Counted from the stretch's first letter, positions 1-10,609 are shown. The stretch: 64,000 bases of DNA from Octopus sinensis (GCF_006345805.1 NC_042997.1:197780001-197844000), one strand, 5' to 3'. Made by a program: numbers and translations. The notes: generated from the letters alone by a model not told the origin.

Positions 1-60
1 GACAGGCAACTTTATCTCTGGTGACAATTTACGATCCTTTTTTTCTTTTCATTTGAAAAG

Positions 61-161
61 GAAACTGTGGCTGGAGAAGAGGTGTCTGTCAGAGTGTACG
101 TTCCAAAAGAGATGGAAGTATGTTGCACGAGTGTTGTGCGTGCAAGGAACCGTGTGAATAG
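61..161 (+). CDS. Candidate terminal exon encoding a short Cys-rich C-terminus (xNCGWRRGVCQSVRSKRDGSMLHECCACKEPCE*)
   Basis: Pyrimidine tract plus AG at 37-60, open frame to TAG at 159-161, six Cys in 33 codons, AATAAA at 188-193. The frame starting at 61 is also open to about 192, and no homology was recognised. Confidence 0.25.
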
Positions 162-380
162 ACGAGGAAAAAAAAAAAAAAAGGAAAAATAAAAAGGTAT
201 CAGCGGTAGATCGGGGCTTGTGGGATCGGAGCGTAACTTGATCATCGCTTCATTTGTATTGTTTTTGTACTGTGTATTCCATTCGATTTTTATGTATTGT
301 ATTTTATTTTTGATGTCACATTTATGTAAAATCATATCGATTCACTGATCCCATCAGTTGTACTGTCCATATCTATGTTT

Positions 381-957
381 GGCCCCCGGTGGGCAATAAA
401 GAAATTGGTATTTCGTCTGCGTTACGTTGTGAGTTCAAATTCCGCCGAGGTCGACTTTGCCTTTCATCCTTTCGGGGTCGATAAATTAAGTACCAGTTAC
501 GCACTGGGGTCGATGTAATCAACTTAATCCGTTTGTCTGTCCTTGTTTGTCCTCTCTGTGTTTAGCCCCTTGTGGGTAGTAAAGAAATAGCTATTTCGTC
601 TGCCGCTACGTTGTGAGTTCAAATTCCGCCGAGGTCGACTTTGCCTTTCATCTTTTCGGGGTCGATAAATTAAGTACCAGTTACGCACTGGGGTCGATGT
701 AATCGACTTATTCTGTTTGTCTCTCCTTGTTTGTCTCCTCTGTGTTTAGCCCCTTGTAGGTAGTAAGGAAATAGGTATTTTGTCTGCCGTTACGTCCTGA
801 GTTCAAATTCCGCCGAGGTCGACTTTGCTTTTCATCTTTTCGGGGTCGATAAATTAAGTACCAGTTACGCACTGGGGTCGATGTAATCAACTTAATCCGT
901 TTGTCTGTGCTTGTTTGTCTCCTCTGTGTTTAGCCCCTTGTGGGCAATAAAGAAATA
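381..957 (+). mobile_element. tRNA-derived SINE family B: three head-to-tail, headless ~183-bp units
   Basis: Unit starts (TATTT..TCTGC) at 409, 592 and 776. Each unit has the B-box GAGTTCAAATTCC and the tail GCCCCTTGTGGG..AAAGAAATA. The full-headed form is at 45300. Confidence 0.9.
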
Positions 958-974
958 ACAATCCTCTTAAGTAA

Positions 975-1274
975 GGAATAACCCAGCTATGGAAGATGGG
1001 GAAGGTGAAGATAGTGCCAATTATTGTTGGGTCCTTGGAAACAGTATCAGAAAGCATCAAGAAGAATATGAAGGAAATTGGAAAAAAGTGCTCAATGGAA
1101 CTGTTACAAAAAGTTTGCCTCCTTGGCACGGATAGAATAATCAGGAAAGTATTAAATAGGTGAAAAGAACAGATTGCATGGTACCGTACGCTGCAAGCAG
1201 CAAGCTCGCTACGCATGCAAGATTTCAACCTTGAAATAAAAAGAAAAATAATATAATAATAATAATAATAATAA
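975..1274 (+). mobile_element. 3' end of an R4/Dong-type RLE non-LTR retrotransposon with (TAA)n tail
   Basis: 975-1163 translates GITQLWKMGKVKIVPIIVGSLETV...LLQKVCLLGTDRIIRKVLNR*, matching the R4/Dong C-terminal pattern WK..V.VVPIVIGALG...LQK..LLGTARI.RKVL. A short 3' UTR and (AAT)n follow. Confidence 0.75.
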
Positions 1275-1882
1275 GTTAGAAAAAATAAATGCCTTTTCGC
1301 AAAGATGTATGAAATGCCACTAAGTGATTAACTCGGTGAGGTAAAGATTCTACAAGTTCACCGCCTTAAATTCTGATGAAATATTAATGTTGTGAATTTG
1401 TGTTGTAATAATATGCTGAAAATTCCAAGAAGCTTTGCACCTTAATCCATTGTGTGAATGCGATCCAACTGTATCACTAACCCAATTGTGAATATGATTA
1501 AATAATGTTCTGATATATTTGAATTTCCTCTTGATTTTTTTTCTTCATATTATTATAAAAACAATTTTAATGTACTTCTCATGGTGGTTACTCTATATCA
1601 AAGATTCCTTCTGGAATCTAGGAACAACCTCCCATTGCATTATCGTGTCATTCCTATATGAAGTGGAATATCCGATTTGTAATTATATTCTATATGTTTA
1701 TTCGGTTATGACTAAAATGGCTTCGAGAAGATCATTATGTAAGACATTATACAATCGATATGAAAATATCATTGTTACTACATATGCCGTCCTGCATGCA
1801 TTTTGATTTGACGCCCGCACATTATCGAAACGATTTTAAACCATGAAATAAATGTATGACAGGAACTCCATTCTTCACTTGT

Positions 1883-1944
<62 letters not shown>

Positions 1945-2228
1945 TACATACATACATGTGGGTGTGAAAAACTTCGAGAAAGACAGCACATGGTGAATCA
2001 GTAAGAATTTTCCTTTTTATTATATACACGTGTATATATATATACATGTTATATATTTTAATAATTACTGGTATCTTTATATATTTTATATGTAAAGCAT
2101 AATATGTTATACATGTGTGTATATTCTTGTAATTGTCATTTTAGTAAATAAATTGACATAATATAATGTCTAAAAGTTGATGACCCATCTATTGATCCCC
2201 TCCATTTTCTTATTGTTCTCACTCTCTT

Positions 2229-2272
<44 letters not shown>

Positions 2273-2273
2273 C

Positions 2274-2436
2274 ACGACGGGCTTCTTTCAGTTTCAGTCT
2301 AGCAAATTCACTCACAAGGCTTTGGTCAGCCTGAGGCTATAGTAGAAGACACTTGTTGAAGGTGCCACGCAGTGGGACTGAACCCGGAACTATGTGGTTG
2401 GGAAGCAAGCTTCTTACCACACAGCCACTCCTGCGC
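2274..2436 (-). mobile_element. SINE family A, 5' half
   Basis: Reverse complement of the head GGCGCAGGAGTGGCTGTGTGGTAAG...GGGTTCAGTCCC...GGAAACTGAAAGAAGCCCGTCG, ending in (AT)n. Confidence 0.85.
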
Positions 2437-2635
2437 GTACGATTTACAAGCGATCTTGAAATCGCTAGATGTCTTCAAAATTTCTCCTGTAATTTCAAAC
2501 TTGTTGAAGCACAACATGTCAGTGTTGATTTTAATGTCCTGCCAGTGTATACAGTAAGTTTCTTCGCCCTAGGTGTCGAGAAGACACTCTGCAAGAAATG
2601 GAGACAAAGTTGAAAAAAATGTTAATAATGATATA

Positions 2636-2714
2636 ATAATAATATTAATAATAAAACAAGTGAATACACATACGTACGTACACACACACTCATACATACA
2701 TACATATATATATA

Positions 2715-2756
<42 letters not shown>

Positions 2757-2995
2757 TAATAATACTAATAATATAACAAGTGACTACACATACGTACGTA
2801 CACACACATACATACATACGTACATGCATATATAAATGTATACATATAATAATAATACTAATAATATAACAAGTGAATACACATACGTACGTACACACAC
2901 ATACATACATACGTACATGCATATATAAATGTATACATATAATAATAATACTAATAATATAACAAGTGAATACACATATGTACGTACACACGCAC

Positions 2996-3029
<34 letters not shown>

Positions 3030-3130
3030 GTATACATATAATAATAATAGTAATAATATAACAAGTGAATATACATACGTACATACACACACACATACAT
3101 ACATACATATATATGTATACATATATATTT
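2636..3130. repeat. Minisatellite of five ~93-120-bp units built from microsatellite pieces
   Basis: Anchor ACAAGTGA recurs at 2656, 2776, 2869, 2962 and 3061. Confidence 0.85.
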
Positions 3131-3186
3131 ATATATATACATATATGTATATATGTATACATATATATGTATACATATATATATAC

Positions 3187-3572
3187 ACTAGCAGTATCGC
3201 CCGGCGTTGCTCAGGTTTGTAAGGGAAATAACTATAAAGCATTTTTAGAGAGTTATAGCCAAAAAATAGCAAAAAAATGGAAAAAAAATGATGGTAATTT
3301 TTTTTTTTAGTTAAAAAAGGTGGAGTTGCGTCCCCTAGACGGTCTGTGGTTTGGGTTTCTGATTCTCGACCCCATGTCGAATTTATCGATTTTTTTCAGA
3401 ACTGGGGGAACTTTTCAAAATTTTCGCTGCGTTAGTTTTGAATTATGACATTGGGCTATGTGTGTGTCAAGTTTCATCAGAATCGGTTGAAAGCCGTGGT
3501 CAGAGTGAGGGTACGAGAAAACAGACACACAGAAAACGCACAGACAAACTGCCGTTTATATAGAGAGAGATA
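3187..3572 (+). mobile_element. Non-autonomous Helitron/Helentron-like element (Lep1/DINE-1-type ends)
   Basis: 5' end ACTAGCAGTATCGCCCGGCGTTGCTC; 3' end AAGTTTCATCAGAATCGGTTG...ACAGACAAACTGCCGTTTATATAGAGAGAGAT. The same 5' end occurs at 33088 (minus). Confidence 0.65.
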
Positions 3573-4719
3573 TATATGTATACATATATGTATACATACA
3601 TACATATATATTTGTGTTTAAATACATACGCACGTACATATATGCGCGCGCGTGTGTACTGCAGGGACACTTCGGGAAATTCCTGGAATGGTGTCTAACC
3701 ATTTTTAATAATTCAGAACTTTCGTTTTTAGAAGCTACGTCCTTTCACGTTTAGAACGACAATCTATCAAACACCCGAGGAGTAAAGAAATGGTGAGAGG
3801 GTTATATAAACGTGTCTTTGAAACAATTTGGCAGCAAACCGGGTTTGTCAAAGAAACCTTGCGAATACATTATTATTTTTTTTACTGCAAAATGATTCAA
3901 GAAATGAGAGGAGTGGAGTTATACGATGCCAAGCTATGAATTAAACAATATTGCTGTTCCGTTAGAGACGAATTTGGCAAGAGATAGACGCCATAAACTT
4001 TCCCCCCCTTTCATCTCAACTTTAAACAAACTGGTTAATTATTTCTATTGATTGCAAATTTATTATTTCACAAGGGTAATGGTGAAGTGTGACCATCACT
4101 TTGAGGGCTAAAATAGATCAATAGTCTCTGGTAAAGAACTTAGTAGAGACAGGGACATAATCACACACAAACATATATATATATATGCACACATAATGAT
4201 ATATATATATATACATTATATATATGTGTGTGTTTGCGTATATATATATATGCACACATAATGATATATATAAATATATATACGTAAATATATGTGTGTG
4301 TTTGTATATATATATATATATATATAAATATATATATATATTTATGTATAAGAATGTATATATGGATATATATGTATAAGTGTGTGTATATGGATATATA
4401 TGTATACACGCACTTATATCTTTGTTGAGACATAATTGAAATGGGGCAAAGTTAAGGAAGTCTGATGTTGATCGGCATTCATATACGTATTAGCAAATGT
4501 TTAATGGATGTTTAAGATAGTTGTGTAAAGGGAAAGACTGCAGTAACACAGTAAAACGTAGACCTGAAATAAAGACGTGGAGTCACTGCAACAAATCATA
4601 GAGACTATCGTCATGCCTTTGTATTTTGTTCCAATTACTATGTATGGTGAGGTCGAAACACCCCCTTTACACAATTAGCTGAGGAGCAATTGACTTGAAA
4701 CCAATAAAAGAATATATAT

Positions 4720-5075
4720 ATATAGTTAATCCAAACATGAACAAAGAGAAAACACAACAACGCGAGGACGTGGAACAAGTATAGTGTTATTGGACCTTTC
4801 AGGAAAGGAAAGAAAGAAGGATTTAACGTTTCGAGCAGATCTCTTCGTCAGAAACATAGAAAAAGGAAAGGTCCAAGGAAGGGAAGACGGAGAAAGAAAA
4901 TCGCCAACGATACACACGCTGTCACAAATTGAAATGACCAGAAGGGAATGGGTGAAGAAAAAGTTCTTTCAAAGACAGGAGAGTGCAAGAGAAAGATATA
5001 TGTGTGAGTATGTGCGTGCGCTCAGGTGTGTGTGTGTGGTTGTGGCTGTTTATCTGTGTGTGGTTGGGCTTAGTA
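4720..5075 (-). mobile_element. Penelope-like pLTR/3' UTR-type segment carrying a minimal hammerhead-like motif
   Basis: Minus strand 4856-4822 reads TTT CTGACGA A GAG ATCTG CTC GAAA CG TT AAA. It is flanked by (AT)n tracts and lies directly upstream of the PLE ORF. Confidence 0.55.
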
Positions 5076-5086
5076 TTTATATATAT

Positions 5087-5822
5087 ATACCCAGCTCAAC
5101 TCATAGAGGATGGGATCAGACGTGCAACAGAAATCAACATCGAAACTTTAAGAAAAGTTCAACACAACAACACACCTTCCCCGAAAATACTACCTTACAT
5201 ATCTACATACAACCCCAGAAACAAAGAAGCCTTCACCATCATCACCCAGAATTTACCAATACTTCATAAAAACCCCAAATTAAAGGAAATTCTAAACATA
5301 CACCAAATCATTAAAAGCTACAAACAGCCTAAATCACTTAAAAAGATTCTCACAAAGGCAAAATTGTCTTCTGAAATTACGGATGCAAAAGTAAAAAAAT
5401 GTGGTAGATCGAACTGTGCAACATGTCCTAACCTGCTAGAAGGATCAGAATTCCTCTTTAAAGAGGGACAGAAATTCAAGATCAAATCTAACTTTACTTG
5501 TGCCTCTGAAAACATAATTTATGTCATAAAATGCTCGGGCTGCCACCAAGACTACGTGGGTTCCACGGGACTATCACTCAGACGTAGATGCACACTGCAT
5601 CGAGAACAGATTGCATTCCCAGAATATAGAATGATACCTTTTAGTGAGCACATTGAGAAATGCGCAAAGCAACTACTACCACAATTTTTAATCTTTCCAT
5701 TTTACCAATGTGCTTTCGGATCATCAACACAAATTAGACTAAACAAGGAAACATTCTTCATTGAAAAGTACAAGCCCAGACTCAACCATCCGAACATACT
5801 GATACAGAGAAATTCACATTAA
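5087..5822 (+). CDS. PLE RT-thumb/linker plus GIY-YIG endonuclease (uninterrupted, 5'-truncated)
   Basis: Motifs LPYISTYNP, CGRSNCATC, FTCASENIIYVIKCSGCHQDYVGSTGLSLRRRCTLH (GIY-YIG variant with extra Cys pairs) and RLNKETFFIEKYKPRLN. Confidence 0.9.
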
Positions 5823-6150
5823 GGGAAAGGAAAAAAAAAATTTTTAAGCGATTATCTCCCTTACACCGGAAGAAATCACCCACTACCTTCCCTTATTTAG
5901 AACTCTCCGGAGCTTAAACACAAGGATAACTCTATTAAACATAAACATAACGTCACAAGAAATTTGAAAAGCTAAATGCGAAACCGGTCTTTCTTTAAAA
6001 ATTATGTCATTATAAAGGAAAAAAAATTTGTTTAAAAAATTTTCTAATATTCTTCAGACATATTAACGCAAATATATATATTTTTTAACATTTAAGCCTT
6101 CTGTCGTTTTTCACTCTTTACTATTTTTTATATATTCACCCACGTGCTTT
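5087..6150 (+). mobile_element. 5'-truncated Penelope-like retroelement (Neptune-type)
   Basis: Begins at an (AT)n tract. Open ORF to 5822, then a 3' UTR with a hammerhead-like motif at 5957-5995, ending at (AT)n. Confidence 0.85.
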
Positions 6151-6164
6151 CACAAACCAACTTT

Positions 6165-6247
<83 letters not shown>

Positions 6248-6412
6248 GCACGGGAGTGGCTGAGTGGTAAGTAGCTTGCTTACCAACCACATGGTTCTGG
6301 GTTCAGTCCCACTGTGTGGCACCTTGGGCAAGTGTCTTCTACTATAGCGTCGGGCCGACCGAAGCTTTGTGAGTGGATTTGGTAGACGGAAACTGAAAGA
6401 AACCTGTCGTAC
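6248..6412 (+). mobile_element. SINE family A, 5' half
   Basis: GGGAGTGGCTGAGTGGTAAG (A-box), GGGTTCAGTCCC (B-box), CCTTGGGCAAGTGTCTTC core. Confidence 0.85.
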
Positions 6413-6900
6413 GTACGTATGTATGTATGTATGTATGTAGTAACAGACGTGGAGTAATTTCGATGATCCTCATGTGGTGAGTTGTTATATATATAAGAAA
6501 TTAAAGGTGTGCATTTTCCTTCTTTAAGTTCTTATATATATATGTCTACATATTTCTCTTGTCAAAGAAAATATTTTTCCATCGTTCGGTATTTTACCAT
6601 CTGGTCTAACCACCCTCCATGTTTGTTTTCGTTCGGTTTCCTTGTCCTCCATAAATCCCAAATTTTATTTTGGTACTTACGAGAGCAACAGTCTTCAAAG
6701 ACTCATATTGTCGTTCAGTGCTCGAAATGAGGAGTAGATAGACTGCCAACGACTGACGAGGAGTCGTTCTTTATGTTATTTGTCCTGTTTTCTATTTCTT
6801 TCTCTCGGTGTTTGCGTATTGAACTCACTTGTTTTCGTATTTCATGTTGTTTATTGTTGGCCCTGTATTGCGTTTTTGTTCCATTTATATATACATACAT

Positions 6901-6932
<32 letters not shown>

Positions 6933-6946
6933 TTTTATATTATAAT

Positions 6947-7621
6947 GAGGGTACTACTATTAGTAGATACCAACACGCTAAGAGGGACCAATGCGGTCAA
7001 AACTACTAAAAATAAACAAAATATTACCGAATGCAAAACTTCAAAACACATCATTTTAAAAAAAGAATTCAGTTACATATCACATGTGATTTCGCATTTA
7101 ATGCAGAATATGCATTTCATGTTCGTCAGTGCAACAAACTCAAGAGATATAAGAAAAAACATAACATTACAAACTCGATAGCTGAGGTTTTTCACGCTGA
7201 CTACTGATAATTTCTTTTAAAGAATTTATCCTCAATTGTTAATTTATATTTTTCACCGGAATAGTTCAATACTGAATTTTTATTCCGACTAGGCAATTTG
7301 TTACCGAAATGCATTGCGAAAAAGCCCGCCATTTTCATAGATATGTAAGGATAAACATTCGTACATGCTACGATGAATTCTACGGTTGGCTGTCGAGTTT
7401 GTAATGTTATGTTTTTTCTTATATTTCTTGAGTTTGTTGCACTGACGAACATGAAATGCATATTCTGCATTAAATGCGAAATCACATGTGATATGTAACT
7501 GAATTTTTTTTTAAATGATGTGTTTTGAAGTTTTGCATTCGGTAATATTTTGTTTATTTTTAGTAGATTTGACCGCATTGGTCCCTCTTAGCGTGTTGGT
7601 ATCTACTAATAGTAGTACCCT

Positions 7622-7622
<1 letters not shown>
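6947..7622. mobile_element. MITE/foldback element with ~235-bp terminal inverted repeats
   Basis: 6947-7182 is the near-perfect reverse complement of 7389-7622 (ends GAGGGTACTACTA / TAGTAGTACCCTC). TATAAT flanks both sides (6941-6946, 7623-7628). Confidence 0.85.
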
Positions 7623-7670
<48 letters not shown>

Positions 7671-8542
7671 CGGCGTACGTACACCTTATAGTAGGCATGT
7701 ATCTAAATTTTGCACGACTCTTACTCTATCTTTTAGACCCCTCATTTTCTTCCTTTTTTCTCGGTCCCCCTCTCTCGCATTTCTTGGCCCTCTCTATTTT
7801 TAACTCCCATTTCCCACTTGTTTATCTTTCCTGTACCTTTCTTTTTGTTTCCGATTTTTTTCTAATCCTTCAATCCCGCTGTCCCCTACCTATCTCTGCT
7901 CCTTCCACGTGACCGGTGTCCAGCCAGCCATGATCTTTCTTTCTTGGCCTGACTGCCGAACGCCAACACCTCTTGTGTCCTTCTCCCATCTTCCTGCCTT
8001 TAGGATTTCACTACATACACACAAGCTCAATTTGATTCGTTCTCAGTCGAAAGACGCCTGTTGTTGTTTCTAATTGTGTACTATGTCCTCTGTTTTTCTT
8101 GTTTGTTTGTTTTTTGTCTTTCTTGCCGTACTCATTCGCTAGCTTTCTTACAAACGGATCTAATGCTCTTAACTTAGTTTTTTTGTGGGGAGGGGGAACC
8201 AGATCGAACCATCTCAGGTGTAACTACCCAAAATGGTCGTGTCTTCTGGAACTTGACTGAAGAAAGAAAGCCACGACTGACCCATCTTTTTTTGCCTGTC
8301 CTTCTAATTGTTGTTTCTCTTGTCCGCCTTTGTATCGTCTATCTGTCCGAACGTTTTAATGCCATCTATTGCGTTTTTGTTCCATGTATATAGTTAAGAG
8401 AAATAACCTCTATTAAGCAATTCAGCAGTGAAAGACATTAGCCATATTAAATAGAAAAATTTAAATCTACTATAATAAATATTTTTAAAAAACTAATAAA
8501 TTAAATAAATTCCCGTCAGGTAGAAATATATATATGTATATA

Positions 8543-8590
<48 letters not shown>

Positions 8591-8597
<7 letters not shown>

Positions 8598-9077
8598 GAG
8601 TATAACTCCAAACTTACAGGGAAAAATTCAATTTAGTATTAAATCAAATTTCACAATATAAATATATAAAATATAAATTAGAGATAAAACCACTATTATG
8701 CAACTCAAACAGTGATAGACATAAACCAAATCATAAATAAAAAATAAAATATATTTTTTATAAAACAAAAAAGTATAAAAATTAATAATCAATATATAAT
8801 AAGTATATTACTTATATATTGAATATTAATTTTTATACTTTTTGAGATCTAGTTATATGTTTTATAAAAATATATTTCATTTGTTATTTATGTTTTGGTT
8901 TATGTCTATCCCTGTTTGAGTTGCATAATAGTGGTTTTATCTCTAATTTATATATATGTAGCCGAAATTTGCTAGGGCGATCCGGTTCCTGACTGAAGAT
9001 TAGAGGCTTCGAATAACCCGTCCATTCTTTGTGTCGTCTCTTTGTGTTTTTTGCATTCTTGTCCCTTTTTATATATA

Positions 9078-9120
<43 letters not shown>

Positions 9121-9127
9121 ATATATA

Positions 9128-9186
<59 letters not shown>

Positions 9187-9660
9187 GAGTATAACTCCAA
9201 ACTTACAGGGAAAAATTCAATTTAGTATTAAATCAAATTTCACAATATAAATATATAAAATATAAATTAGAGATAAAACCACTATTATGCAACTCAAACA
9301 GTGATAGACATAAACCAAATCATAAATAAAAAATAAAATATATTTTATAAAACAAAAAAGTATAAAAATTAATAATCAATATATAATAAGTATATTACTT
9401 ATATATTGAATATTAATTTTTATACTTTTTGAGATCTAGTTATATGTTTTATAAAATATATTTCATTGTTATTTATGTTTTGGTTTATGTCTATCCCTGT
9501 TTGAGTTGCATAATAGTGGTTTTATCTCTAATTTATATATATGTAGCCGAAATTTGCTAGGGCGATCCGGTTCCTGACTGAAGATTAGAGGCTTCGAATA
9601 ACCCGTCCATTCTTTGTGTCGTCTCTTTGTGTTTTTTGCATTCTTGTCCCTTTTTATATA

Positions 9661-9702
<42 letters not shown>

Positions 9703-9720
9703 ATATATATCTATATATAT
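8591..9720. repeat. Tandem duplication (period 590 bp); each unit holds a ~280-bp palindrome
   Basis: ATTAGAGAGTATAACTCC begins at about 8591 and 9181. Internal foldbacks at 8671-8954 and about 9261-9540. Units are separated by (AT)n. Confidence 0.9.
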
Positions 9721-9734
9721 ATACATATGTATAT

Positions 9735-9900
9735 AACGGGAAGGTTTACGAAAATAAACAAAAGACGAAGGCAGGTGGAGTATAAACAAACAAATGTATT
9801 AGTATGGCGCTCAGGAATAGAAATAGAACAAGTCTTTTACGTTTCGAGCCTACGCTCTTCGACAGAAAGATACACAGAAAAAAAACAAGGAGAGAAACAA
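9735..9900 (-). mobile_element. Short (AT)n-associated PLE-derived repeat with hammerhead-like motif
   Basis: Minus strand reads CTTT CTGTCGA A GAGC GTAG GCTC GAAA CG TA AAAG at 9869-9834. Other copies at 34803, 35000, 36900 and 54098. Confidence 0.75.
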
Positions 9901-10029
9901 TATATATATATATAAAGAGGTGAGGACCGAAATCCTTCAGAGGGATGTCAAACATCCAAGTAAACAATATATATAAAAATACATATTCAGTATTTGCAAA
10001 AAACAGTAAATGAAGTATACAGAAAGGAA

Positions 10030-10415
10030 AAAATTGTAAGTGTAGACGAATTTTGATTCAATTCAATCCAAGTTGGTACAGAACCCAAATATATTCTACA
10101 AATTGTTTCGGAGTCTAACTCATTCGAAAGACAAAGACGAAAAGCTCTTCATAAAATACAAATGAGATTCCTCATCAGGAATTACATACGTCTGGGCTAC
10201 GAAAGGTGTTTGTATATTTGTGTTGGTCGTAATTATTCATACTAGTATGTAATTCCTGATGAGGAATCTAATTTGCATTTCATGAAGGGTTTTTCGTTTT
10301 TATCTTTGGAATTAATTAGACTTCGAAGCAATTTGTAAAATGTATATTTGTTCTGTACCAACTTGGATTTGAATTGAACCAAATTTCGTCTACACTTACA
10401 ATTTTTTCCTTTCCT
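10030..10415. mobile_element. Imperfect foldback element (~165-bp arms) with CTGATGA...GAAAC cores
   Basis: 10030-10189 pairs with 10245-10415 (e.g. GATTCCTCATCAGGAATTACATAC / GTATGTAATTCCTGATGAGGAATC). Confidence 0.75.
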
Positions 10416-10433
10416 TATATATATATATATATA

Positions 10434-10474
<41 letters not shown>

Positions 10475-10609
10475 AATCTACCCATCCATCCACCTTTCCA
10501 TCTGTCATTAAATTAATCATTCAGTCTATCAATCCATCCATCCGTTTGTTTGTCTGTCTAGCTTGGTAGCTGTAGAGATATTCATAGATACGTATGTCTA
10601 TATGTGTCC

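Noticed and set aside
381-957. Regular direct repeats suggesting a CRISPR-like array; also the 16-mer array at 57691-57875
   Set aside because: Units are contiguous copies with no unique spacers, the context is eukaryotic and there are no cas genes.
6715-6775. CTCGAAA...CTGACGAGGAG possible permuted hammerhead
   Set aside because: Stems I and III do not pair; the CTGACGA lies in the loop of an AACGAC/GTCGTT hairpin.
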